From NCBI GenBank assembly GCA_002269645.1, contig NIVC01001784.1, forward strand, positions 85,301 to 149,300: a stretch of 64,000 nt of DNA, in the 5' to 3' direction. Origin of the DNA: Macrostomum lignano (taxonomy: Eukaryota). The notes below the pieces were generated by a model. The model was not told where the DNA came from and ran no database searches. It saw nothing but the letters and a program-made list of their open reading frames with translations. Below are positions 23,720 to 35,000 of the stretch, piece by piece (position 1 is the first letter of the stretch; every line of letters begins with the position of its first letter). Both the position numbers and the translations under genes were made by a program.

Positions 23720-26700
23720 TCAAGGCAGGCGGGCCAGCACTCCGTCAGCATTAACTACCGCTTTGTCGCGAATGTCGCCAGCTTTGCAGCCGTTGCAGGT
23801 CTTGGGGCAGAACATCGGGAATGTCTTACAAGCGTCCGGGTCGCTCTCGCAGTTGCTTCTGAACATTTCCGGGTCACTGCAGGTCACTGCGAGAGTTGTT
23901 TTAGAAATTTATTTTAATTTAGTTATCCCCATCTCGCTGATCATTCATCCTAGCTGACGGACTTCCTTTCTTCACAATTCACCAATTCACCAAGGCCCAT
24001 GCAACCAGCCGGCCCCATTCTCCCTTTTTCAAAAACTGAAAAAAAAATTGCTCAGAAAAGACACCAAGGGGCGACAATCCGCGACATGCACAAAAAGGGG
24101 CGCCAGCACCAAGGGGCGCCAGCAACCAAGGGGCGCCAGCACCAAGGGGCGCCAGCAACCAAGGGGCGCCAGCACCAAGGGGCTTTAGCACCAAGGAGTA
24201 CCAGCACCAAGGGGCTTTAGCACCAAGGGGCTTTAGCATGCAAGGAGTGCCAGCACCAAGGGGCGCCAGCAACCAAGGGGCGCCAGCAACCAAGGAGCGC
24301 CATGGCTCAAAAAGGGGCGCCAAATCAGCTGGCAACGAGATTGCATAATTTTTCATCAGCTTGCTGGAGGGCGCCGCGGCCCCTCTTGCCCTCTCCGCCG
24401 CGCCCCTGATCGGCAGGCAACTCACTCTCGCATCTGGTGCCGTAGTAGTCGGGAGTGCAGCTGCACTTGCAGTTGGCCGAGTCCAGAGTGCCACCATTCA
24501 AGCATTGGATGGCGCACCGGCAGCCGCCGTCGGTGCTGCGACGAACGCGCGATCGCTTCGTCTTCGCCTCCTCGCCGTGCAAGTACTCGTAGCCGTCGTC
24601 GAATGTCCAGCCGTCCCACGGGTCAAAGGTGGTCGTGGTTGCAGCCGACGTTGTTGTTGCTGTTTTTGTTGTTGGCGACGGGGCACTGCCAGGGTCGGCG
24701 CCTCCGGTTCCGCCACCGCCGTCGACGCCGCCGCCGATTCTGCCGCCGCCGGTGTACATGGCGGCGCACTGGTCGCGGCGCAGACAGAGGCCGCCGCTAG
24801 TGTAGGTGTACTCGCCGACGCACTTGCTGGCCGGTGAGCCGCTCTCGTAGGCTGGGTAGGTGCCAACGTTGCCACCGTCAGCGTAGTCGCAGACCAGAAT
24901 GCGAAGGTAGCCCGGGCAGGTGGCAGCGGCGCAGCCGACCAGCAGGGTCCGGGACCAGACCACCTGGGTGTAGTGGCCGCACATCTTCTCGGGGGTGCAC
25001 GTTTTGGCCGCGAAGTTGTAGTCATTGTGCTCCACGTACCAGAGATCCACGAAGCTGGTTGCGCAGGGAACGTGTTCTGAGTGTTATTAATAGAGTGCTA
25101 AACTCATACAAGCCGGTATTTCAAATGACTCACAGGCTGAGGTTGGTGCTGTGACCGCCCGCCCAGTTCTGCCCGACCCACTTGTGTCCGGGAATCACCC
25201 GTTCAGCCGGAGTGTCGTGTCCGACTTTGCACTGCGAAGCCCAATTAGCCGCCTTCTCCATCAGCCTGTCGTCCCATTCCTGACGGAAGTGTTGGAGGCC
25301 GCAGGTTCAGTTTCGGTAAAAAATCTGAGCAGGGTTTCCGGTGTCCCATTGATTGACCGGAAGTGGGTCTTAGTGGGGTTTAGACTGGCTACATCCAAGG
25401 GCTCTCTCTCACCAAGAGCATCATATCAGCGGCGCTGGGCTGGCTGCCAGTCTCGCCTCTGGCAGTCCGGGCTCGGAGCACATTGTGCGTGTCCAGGATG
25501 ATCTGCTTGTCAGCTTTGCTCAGCGCCACCAGCTCTCCCTCGGTGTGGCTGATCGATACGAGCAGCAGCAGGAGCGACAGGCAGACTGCAGGTTTTAGGG
25601 CTCCTGGTTATATATGCTGCTGTACATATCAGACTCAAATAGGGTCACTCGAGATTCGAGAAAATCACCGGAGAGTCGCACGGATACATGCATCACTTGT
25701 AGACTCACAAGTCACAAAAATGTCAAGAAAGTCACTAAAAATCACTTGATGCTACTTAAGAGTCAAGGCCGTCACTGATGAGCCAAGGATGTCACTGAAG
25801 AGTCAAGGACATCGCTGAAGAGTCAAGGACATCGCTGAAGAGTCAAGGACATCGCTGAAGAGTCAAGGACATCGCTGAAGAGTCAAGGACATCGCTGAAG
25901 AGTCAAGGACATCGCTGAAGAGTCAAGGACATCGCTGAAGAGTCAAGGACATCGCTGAAGAGTCAAGGACATCGCTGAAGAGTCAAGGACATCGCTGAAG
26001 AGTCAAGTACGTCACTGGTGATTCAAGGACGTTACTGAAGAGTCAAGAATGTCACCGGAGAGTCAAAGATGTAATCAAAGAGTCAAGGATGTCACCGAAG
26101 AGTCAAGGATGTCACCGAGGAGTCAAGGATGTCACCAAAGAGTCAAGGATGTCACCAAAGAGTCAAGGATGTCACCAAAGAGTCAAGGATGTCACCAAAG
26201 AGTCAAGGATGTCACCAAAGAGTCAAGGATGTCACCGAGGAGTCAAGGGACGTCACTGATGAGTCAAGGACGTCACTAAAGAGTCACGGACATCGCTGAA
26301 GAGTCAAGGTTGTCACTAAAGAGTCAAGGATGTCACTAAAGAGTCAAGGATGTCACTAAAGAGTCAAGGATGTCACTAAAGAGTCAAGGATGTCACTAAA
26401 GAGTCAAGGATGTCACTAAAGAGTCAAGGATGTCACTAAAGAGTCAAGGATGTCACTAAAGAGTCAAGGATGTCACTAAAGAGTCAAGGATGTCACTAAA
26501 GAGTCAAGGATGTCACTAAAGAGTCAAGGATGTCACTAAAGAGTCAAGGATGTCACTAAAGAGTCAAGGATGTCACTAAAGAGTCAAGTACGTCACTGAA
26601 GAGTCAAGGATGTCGTTGAAGAGTCAAGGATATCGCTGAAGAGTCAAGGATATCGCTGAAGAGTCAAGTACGTCACTAAAGAGTCACGGACATTGCTGAA

Positions 26701-27029
26701 GAGTCAAGGATATCGCTGAAGAGTCAAGGATATCGCTGAAGAGTCAAGGATATCGTTGAAGAGTCAAGGATATCGCTGAAGAGTCAAGGATATCGCTGAA
26801 TAGTCTAGGATATCGCTGAAGAGTCAAGGATATCGTCGAAGAGTCAAGGATATCGTCGAAGAGTCAAGGATATCGCTGAATAGTCAAGTACGTCACTGAA
26901 GATCCAAGGATGTCACTGATGAGTCAAGGATATCGTTGAAGAGTCAAGGATGTCACTGATGAGTCAAGGATGATGCGCACGTACTAAACAGACGAGTTAC
27001 TTACCGAGTCGATCGAAATACAGTGCCAT
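23720..27029 (-). CDS. Secreted CAP/SCP (venom-allergen-like/CRISP-like) protein with Thr/Gly linker, EGF-like and ShKT-like domains. Exons 27029-27005, 25585-25413, 25279-25134, 25054-24426, 23886-23720
   Basis: Signal peptide MALYFDRLVCLSLLLLLVSISHTEG. CAP motifs ILDTHNVLR, MMLLEWD, GQNW, WYVE, CGHYTQVVW, VGCA, LVCDY..GGN. EGF-like CLNGG...NCKCSC...YYGTRCE. ShKT-like end C...C...CPKTCNGC. Splice phases 1/0/2/1 are all consistent. Stop TGA at 23720-23722. Confidence 0.9.
24060..24310. repeat. GGCGCC-core minisatellite (GCACCAAGGGGCGCCA)n in the last intron of the CAP gene
   Basis: Direct tandem copies. Confidence 0.88.
25760..26975. repeat. 20-bp minisatellite (GAGTCAAGGACATCGCTGAA / GAGTCAAGGATGTCACTAAA)n in CAP intron 1
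   Basis: Direct tandem copies in homogenised sub-blocks. Confidence 0.96.
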
Positions 27030-27624
27030 GCCTGAAAGTATGTCAGAAAAATCGCTTGACTCAAACTGGTTGTTGTTGCATGTCCGATCAAGGGGCCACC
27101 AGCTGCGATGAATTTATAGGCTTCCCAAAACCCTCAGACATCACGCGAGTGCCCGAACACATTTAATTATAAATGAACATCTGCGGGTGCGGCCTGAATA
27201 GGCTACAGCATCTTTATTCAAACTGAGCGGAAATTAAAATCTTTTTTTCGCTCTTATTTTTCCAACGAACAGATAGATTGACAGCCGTGGGGAGATAACA
27301 GGAAATTAACGAATTGCCACTGGAACAGTGGAATACTCGTAATGCACATGAAGTACCGAGATAGTACACAGACTGCTTTCTGTGCAAAACACATTTATTT
27401 AAGATCCAGACCACTCTGAGGAGCTCCTTCAGACGGATACGCTGCGGTTCTGTCTGGGAAATTTGAATTCGGTTAGATTAAATCCCACTCCAGGGTTTCA
27501 TTTCCTCTGGCTAGGTGCCTTTCCGGTAAACGGAATACAAGCTGGAACAGGCAATCAGTTCTGCAGACTGATGAACTAATAACCTTCTCTGTGACTGATT
27601 CCATTCCCTGTCTGGACCCCAGAG

Positions 27625-27814
27625 ACCGACAGGCAGACAGACAGACAGACAGGCAGGCAGGCAGGCAGACAGGCAGACAGACAGACAGGCAGGCAGACAG
27701 ACAGGCAGACAGACAGACAGAAAGACAAGCAGGCAGACAGGCAGACAGACAGACAGGCAGGCAGACAGACAGACAGACAGGCAGGCAGACAGACAGGCAG
27801 ACAGACAGACAGAA

Positions 27815-27855
<41 letters not shown>

Positions 27856-27989
27856 GGCAGATAGACAGACAGAGAGACAGACAGACAGACACTCAGACAG
27901 ACACTCAGACAGACAGACAGACAGACACTCAGACAGACACTCAGACAGACAGACAGACAGACAGACAGACAGGCAGGCAGACAGACAGG

Positions 27990-28021
<32 letters not shown>

Positions 28022-28156
28022 CAGGCAGACAGACAGACAGACAAGCAGGCAGACAGACAGACAGACAAGCAGGCAGACAGGCAGACAGACAGACAGAGAC
28101 AGACAGACAGACAGACAGACAAGCAGGCAGACAGGCAGACAGGCAGACAGACAGAC

Positions 28157-28202
<46 letters not shown>

Positions 28203-28305
28203 GGAAAGACAGTCAGACAGACACTAAGACACAGACAAACAGACAGACAGACAGGCAGGCAGACAGACAGAAAGACAAACGGAAAGACAGTCAGACAGGC
28301 AGATT
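27625..28305. repeat. (CAGA/CAGG)n tetranucleotide microsatellite
   Basis: Direct observation. Confidence 0.97.
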
Positions 28306-29027
28306 ATATAATAAATTACAAAGACTACGGCAGATGAAAGTGTTGTGCAATTAATATAAAAATCTGGCTTCATTCGAATGTATTATCAAATCAATCATCA
28401 TCATTACCATCATGGCAATGATTTTATGAAACGCAGTAAACACCAAATTATCTATGATAAATAGACTGAATAGAGGATTAAAAAATAATGGCCAAACATT
28501 GATTTGAGCACATTTATGTTGAAGAATCAAAATTTTATAATGAATTTTGGTGCCTTTCAACAATTGCATGTGAAGTAAATGTAAGCGGCTTGAATTAATT
28601 TGCTTCACTAAATCAGAGAATTTTTCCTAAGATCAGACACGCCTTCTTAAGATTGTCAAATTCTTGGTTAACATAAATAATCTACAGCCATATTTTGTAA
28701 TTTAGAAATCTTTTTGATAAAGTATGAAAATCAAACAACAAAACAGACACAGTTTCATTTTATAAACTCGCTTGTGAACACTATGATACCAGAAACACCA
28801 TTAATAATTGAACCAAAATATCAAATCAGAGATCAAAATTTACGCAAAAAGTTTTTTGATCGCTAAAGTTTTATTAAACGTTACAACTTTTGCACGCAAA
28901 ATGTTATTTTAGAATTTCAGACAGCACCACTAGTTTCTAATTGTTAATGAAAGAATTGATAAAAATCTGTCAAATATTTCGCTCGTGATCGTGATTTTAT
29001 TATCAGTTTATCTAATTATAATCATAA

Positions 29028-32000
29028 TTATTTAAGCCAATCCATGCTATCGTCATCTTCGTCGTCACTGAACAGTGGCTTCGGTTTCTCGGCCGTGGTG
29101 GCGGCGGCGGTAGGCTGAAATTTAAGATAAGGATTTGAATTTCATTGTTTTTGTATTAAATTTTTATGTACTTTTATGCACTAGTTGATGTACACTGAAG
29201 TAGAGGCGTCTGAAGTTTCACTAACTGGTTGGGGAGGCTAGATAATTCAATCGGCAAATGTACACTGTGGGAGAGAGAGAGGGGTTTGAAGTTTCACTAA
29301 CTGGCTGGGGAGGCTAGATAATTCAATCGGCAAATGTACACTGTGGGAGAGAGAGAGGTTTGAATTGTCACTAACTGGCTGGGGAGGCTAGACAATTCAA
29401 TCGGCAAATGTACACTGTGGGAGAGAGAGGTTTGAATTGTCACTAACTGGTTGGGGAGGCTAGATAATTCAATCGGCAAATGTACACTGTGGGAGAGAGA
29501 GAGGGGTTTGAAGTTTCACTAACTGGCTGGGGAGGCTAGATAATTCAATCGGCAAATGTACACTGTGGGAGAGAGAGGTTTGAATTGTCACTAACTGGCT
29601 GGGGAGGCTAGATAATTCAATCGGCAAATGTACACTGTGGGAGAGAGAGGTTTGAATTGTCACTAACTGGCTGGGGAGGCTAGATAATTCAATCGGCAAA
29701 TGTACACTGTGGGAGAGAGAGGTTTGAATTGTCACTAACTGGCTGGGGAGGCTAGATAATTCAATCGGCAAATGTACACTGTGGGAGAGAGAGGTTTGAA
29801 TTGTCACTAACTGGCTGGGGAGGCTAGATAATTCAATCGGCAAATGTACACTGTGGGAGAGAGAGGTTTGAATTGTCACTAACTGGCTGGGGAGGCTAGA
29901 TAATTCAATCGGCAAATGTACACTGTGGGAGAGAGAGGTTTGAATTGTCACTAACTGGCTGGGGAGGCTAGATAATTCAATCGGCAAATGTACACTGTGG
30001 GAGAGAGAGGTTTGAATTGTCACTAACTGGCTGGGGAGGCTAGATAATTCAATCGGCAAATGTACACTGTGGGAGAGAGAGGTTTGAATTGTCACTAACT
30101 GGCTGGGGAGGCTAGATAATTCAATCGGCAAATGTACACTGTGGGAGAGAGAGGTTTGAATTGTCACTAACTGGCTGGGGAGGCTAGATAATTCAATCGG
30201 CAAATGTACACTGTGGGAGAGAGAGGTTTGAATTGTCACTAACTGGCTGGGGAGGCTAGATAATTCAATCGGCAAATGTACACTGTGGGAGAGAGAGGTT
30301 TGAATTGTCACTAACTGGCTGGGGAGGCTAGATAATTCAATCGGCAAATGTACACTGTGGGAGAGAGAGGTTTGAATTGTCACTAACTGGCTGGGGAGGC
30401 TAGATAATTCAATCGGCAAATGTACACTGTGGGAGAGAGAGGTTTGAATTGTCACTAACTGGCTGGGGAGGCTAGATAATTCAATCGGCAAATGTACACT
30501 GTGGGAGGGAGAGGTTTGAATTGTCACTAACTGGCTGGGGAGGCTAGATAATTCAATCGGCAAATGTACACTGTGGGAGAGAGAGGTTTGAATTGTCACT
30601 AACTGGCTGGGGAGGCTAGATAATTCAATCGGCAAATGTACACTGTGGGAGGGAGAGGTTTGAATTGTCACTAACTGGCTGGGGAGGCTAGATAATTCAA
30701 TCGGCAAATGTACACTGTGGGAGAGAGAGGTTTGAATTGTCACTAACTGGCTGGGGAGGCTAGATAATTCAATCGGCAAATGTACACTGTGGGAGAGAGA
30801 GGTTTGAATTGTCACTAACTGGCTGGGGAGGCTAGATAATTCAATCGGCAAATGTACACTGTGGGAGAGAGGGGTTTGAATTGTCACTAACTGGCTGGGG
30901 AGGCTAGATAATTCAATCGGCAAATGTACACTGTTGGAGAGAGAGGTTTGAATTGTCACTAACTGGCTGGGGAGGCTAGATAATTCAATCGGCAAATGTA
31001 CACTGTGGGAGAGAGAGGTTTGAATTGTCACTAACTGGCTGGGGAGGCTAGATAATTCAATCGGCAAATGTACACTGTGGGAGAGAGAGGTTTGAATTGT
31101 CACTAACTGGCTGGGGAGGCTAGATAATTCAATCGGCAAATGTACACTGTTGGAGAGAGAGGTTTGAATTGTCACTAACTGGCTGGGGAGGCTAGATAAT
31201 TCAATCGGCAAATGTACACTGTGGGAGGGAGAGGTTTGAATTGTCACTAACTGGCTGGGGAGGCTAGATAATTCAATCGGCAAATGTACACTGTGGGAGG
31301 GAGAGGTTTGAATTGTCACTAACTGGCTGGGGAGGCTAGATAATTCAATCGGCAAATGTACACTGTGGGAGGGAGAGGTTTGAATTGTCACTAACTGGCT
31401 GGGGAGGCTAGATAATTCAATCGGCAAATGTACACTGTGGGAGAGAGAGGTTTGAATTGTCACTAACTGGCTGGGGAGGCTAGATAATTCAATCGGCAAA
31501 TGTACACTGTGGGAGAGAGAGGTTTGAATTGTCACTAACTGGCTGGGGAGGCTAGATAATTCAATCGGCAAATGTACACTGTGGGAGAGAGAGGTTTGAA
31601 TTGTCACTAACTGGCTGGGGAGGCTAGATAATTCAATCGGCAAATGTACACTGTGGGAGAGAGAGGTTTGAATTGTCACTAACTGGCTGGGGAGGCTAGA
31701 TAATTCAATCGGCAAATGTACACTGTTGGAGAGAGAGGTTTGAATTGTCACTAACTGGCTGGGGAGGCTAGATAATTCAATCGGCAAATGTACACTGTGG
31801 GAGGGAGAGGTTTGAATTGTCACTAACTGGCTGGGGAGGCTAGATAATTCAATCGGCAAATGTACACTGTGGGAGGGAGAGGTTTGAATTGTCACTAACT
31901 GGCTGGGGAGGCTAGATAATTCAATCGGCAAATGTACACTGTGGGAGGGAGAGGTTTGAATTGTCACTAACTGGCTGGGGAGGCTAGATAATTCAATCGG

Positions 32001-35000
32001 CAAATGTACACTGTGGGAGAGAGAGGTTTGAATTGTCACTAACTGGCTGGGGAGGCTAGATAATTCAATCGGCAAATGTACACTGTGGGAGAGAGAGGTT
32101 TGAATTGTCACTAACTGGCTGGGGAGGCTAGATAATTCAATCGGCAAATGTACACTGTGGGAGAGAGAGGTTTGAATTGTCACTAACTGGCTGGGGAGGC
32201 TAGATAATTCAATCGGCAAATGTACACTGTGGGAGAGAGAGGTTTGAATTGTCACTAACTGGCTGGGGAGGCTAGATAATTCAATCGGCAAATGTACACT
32301 ATAAAGAGGGGTTTGAAGCTTTTTTCACTTAGGGATAGAGAGAATAACGAATGTACACAGGAGGAAAAGACAATTGAAGCTTCAGTGGCGGGCAGAGGGC
32401 TAGAATAGTTATGTAAGTCGATTTACATTGTGAAGTATAAATAGAAGTGAGGCATTAAATACTAGGCAAATCAACTTTCTTCAAAAGACTTACTTTCTCA
32501 GCAGCAGGAGTTGGTTGCTCTTCGTCTTTCTTCTTAAACAAAGACTTGCCAAAGGCACTTTCTTCATCTTCGTCACTATCTTCGTCTCCAAATATGCTGT
32601 AAAATTGCAAAAATTAAACAGTAAAATCTGTTTCAAAACAAAGACATAGAAAAATGACCTACAATTCAAGACAGGCAACTTACTTCGGAACTTTAGACTT
32701 CTTTTCAACGGAAACCGTTGAAGGTTTTTGCTGACTGTTTGAGCCAGACTTTTGCTGCTGCTGCTTGCTAAGTGAAGCTGCAGCGGCGGGTGATTCTTCA
32801 TCGCTATCGGAGTCGGCAAAGATGCTGCAAAATATTTGTTCGAAGTTTCGATAATTTTTTATTTGCAATTCTGTATTTTTAATCACTCGGACTTACTCCT
32901 TAAGCTTGGGAGCTGGCGGCAGCGGTGAGGTCGGATCCGATGGCTGGCCGGTTGCTGCACTCTGACCTTCATTATCATTGACCTTGTCGACGCTAACGGG
33001 TTTTTCTTCGGAAGGCAGGGCATCTTTAACTTTCTCTTCCTCAGTTGTCACATCAACAGAAGGTTGATCCTCTTCTGATATGATTTTCTTGTCCTCGGAT
33101 GGGATTTCCCTGTCCTCGGATGGGATTTCTCTGTCCTCGGATGGGATTTCCCTGTCCTCGGATGGGATTTCCCTGTCCTTGGATGGGATTTCCCTGTCCT
33201 CGGATGGGATTTCCCTGTCCTCAGATGGAATTTCCCTGTCCTCGGATGGGATTTCCCTGTTCTCGGATGGGATTTCCCTGTCCTCGGATGGGATTTCCCC
33301 ATTATTTGATGCCGGCTTTTCAGTCGCATCCGGATTTTCCTCTTCCTCCATAGGCGGCGGGCTCTCCCTGCCTGCACGATCATCATCTGACGAAGCCTTC
33401 TCATCCCCAGATACACCAGGTTCCGGGCGAACTGCGATGGGAGCCGCAATGACCACATTTCCCCCAGCATCTTCATCCGCTTCCTCTTCCTCATCATCGT
33501 GCAGATTCGGCCGATTTTCGGGCGACCGAACTTTACTATCAAACTCGTCGAATGTGCCAGAATCCTCGAGGCCGCCGCCGCCGCGACCTTCGTCAGCGTC
33601 GCCACCGGCAGCCATGCCGTCCTCGTCGGCGCCCCCAGCAGCCGCTGCGGCTGCGGCGCCAAGCAACGGCGGCGAAACGGCGCCATCGCCGACGCTATTG
33701 CTGCCGCGCCCCCGAATTCGATAACGGCCGCCCGGCTCCGGCGTGGCTGGCGGCGTCGACGGACCGCCGCTAGGCAGCGGTCGAAAATCATCGGCGCTCG
33801 GCGCCGCCGCCGCCGCCGCTGCTGCTGCACCATCAGGCGCCAAAGCTGACGATGGCGACAGGGCGCTTAAACGAGCGCTGATTTCCTGACGGTGGAGCTT
33901 TTCGGCGGCGCTGACGACCAGCTCCGAGTGAGAGTGCTCGCCTGGCGAAGTCGGCGGAGTTGACGGCTCAACGTCGACAGTTCCACCTAAGGCGTCGGCG
34001 GCCGCTGCAATGGCGGCAACTTCTTTGTCCTCTTCGGCTGCCTCGTCTATTGTCGGCTTTTCATCTGCATTATCAACTTCGTCTCTGTCTTCATCTTCAG
34101 CCTCGCTGGATGCCTCCTCATCCTCGTCTTCTTCTTCGTCTTCTTCCTCATCGTCATTTTCCGCCAGTTCTCCGGTGGCACGCAGCGTCTCTTTCTGCGG
34201 TAGGTAAAATAGTGAATAGGTAGGATTCAACCCCCCTCTCCCACTGTACATAGAGAAGGCGGCCCGCCCCACTCCCAGCCAGCCAGCGAGTGAAGCTTCA
34301 ACCCTCTCTGCCCCAGTGTACATAGAGAAGGCCTCACTCCCAGCCAGCCAGCCAGTGAGGCTGCAACCCCCTCTGCCCCAATGTACATAGAGAAGGCGGC
34401 CCACCCCACTCTCAGCCAGCCAGCCAGTGAAGCTTCAACCCCCTCTGCCCCAATGTACATAGAGAAGGCGGCCCGCCCCACTCCTAGCCAGCCAGCCAGT
34501 TAAGTTTCAACCCCCTCTGCCCCAATGTGCATAGAAAAGGCGGCCCGCCTCACTCCTAGCCAGCCAGCCAGCCAGTTAAGGTTCAACTCTCTGTGGCCCC
34601 AGAAATATCATGTTACACCAAACGTACCTTAATCACTAAAAGCAGAGTTTGCAACACTTTCTCGCCGCTGTAACGTTTGTTAGGATCAATCTTACGTCGC
34701 AACGATTGAAACACTCCGTTCATGACAGTTTTGAGCTAAAAGTTGAAAAATATATTTTAGGAAATTGTTTTTCTCAGGATTAAAAGTAACTATCGCTCTA
34801 GCAGTGCCCACCTCTCCTGATACACTCTTTCCAGTCTCCGATTGATTCTCTTTCTGACGCGTCAGCAATCGCTGTTCGGCTTCTTCCAGCTTAGCCTGCA
34901 GGGCATCTCGGTCAGCCGCTGTCGCCTCCAGTTGCTCTTCCAGTCGCTGCTTCAGTTTCAACGCTTGAGCACGAGTTTTCTCTACCTGCCGAAGTGAGAT

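Noticed and set aside
29469-32291. 940-aa ORF, and similar long periodic ORFs at 37307-39024, 55260-56085, 27511-28337, 35467-36845 and 59524-60220
   Set aside because: These are translations of stop-free tandem repeats inside introns of opposite- or same-strand genes, with no protein features.
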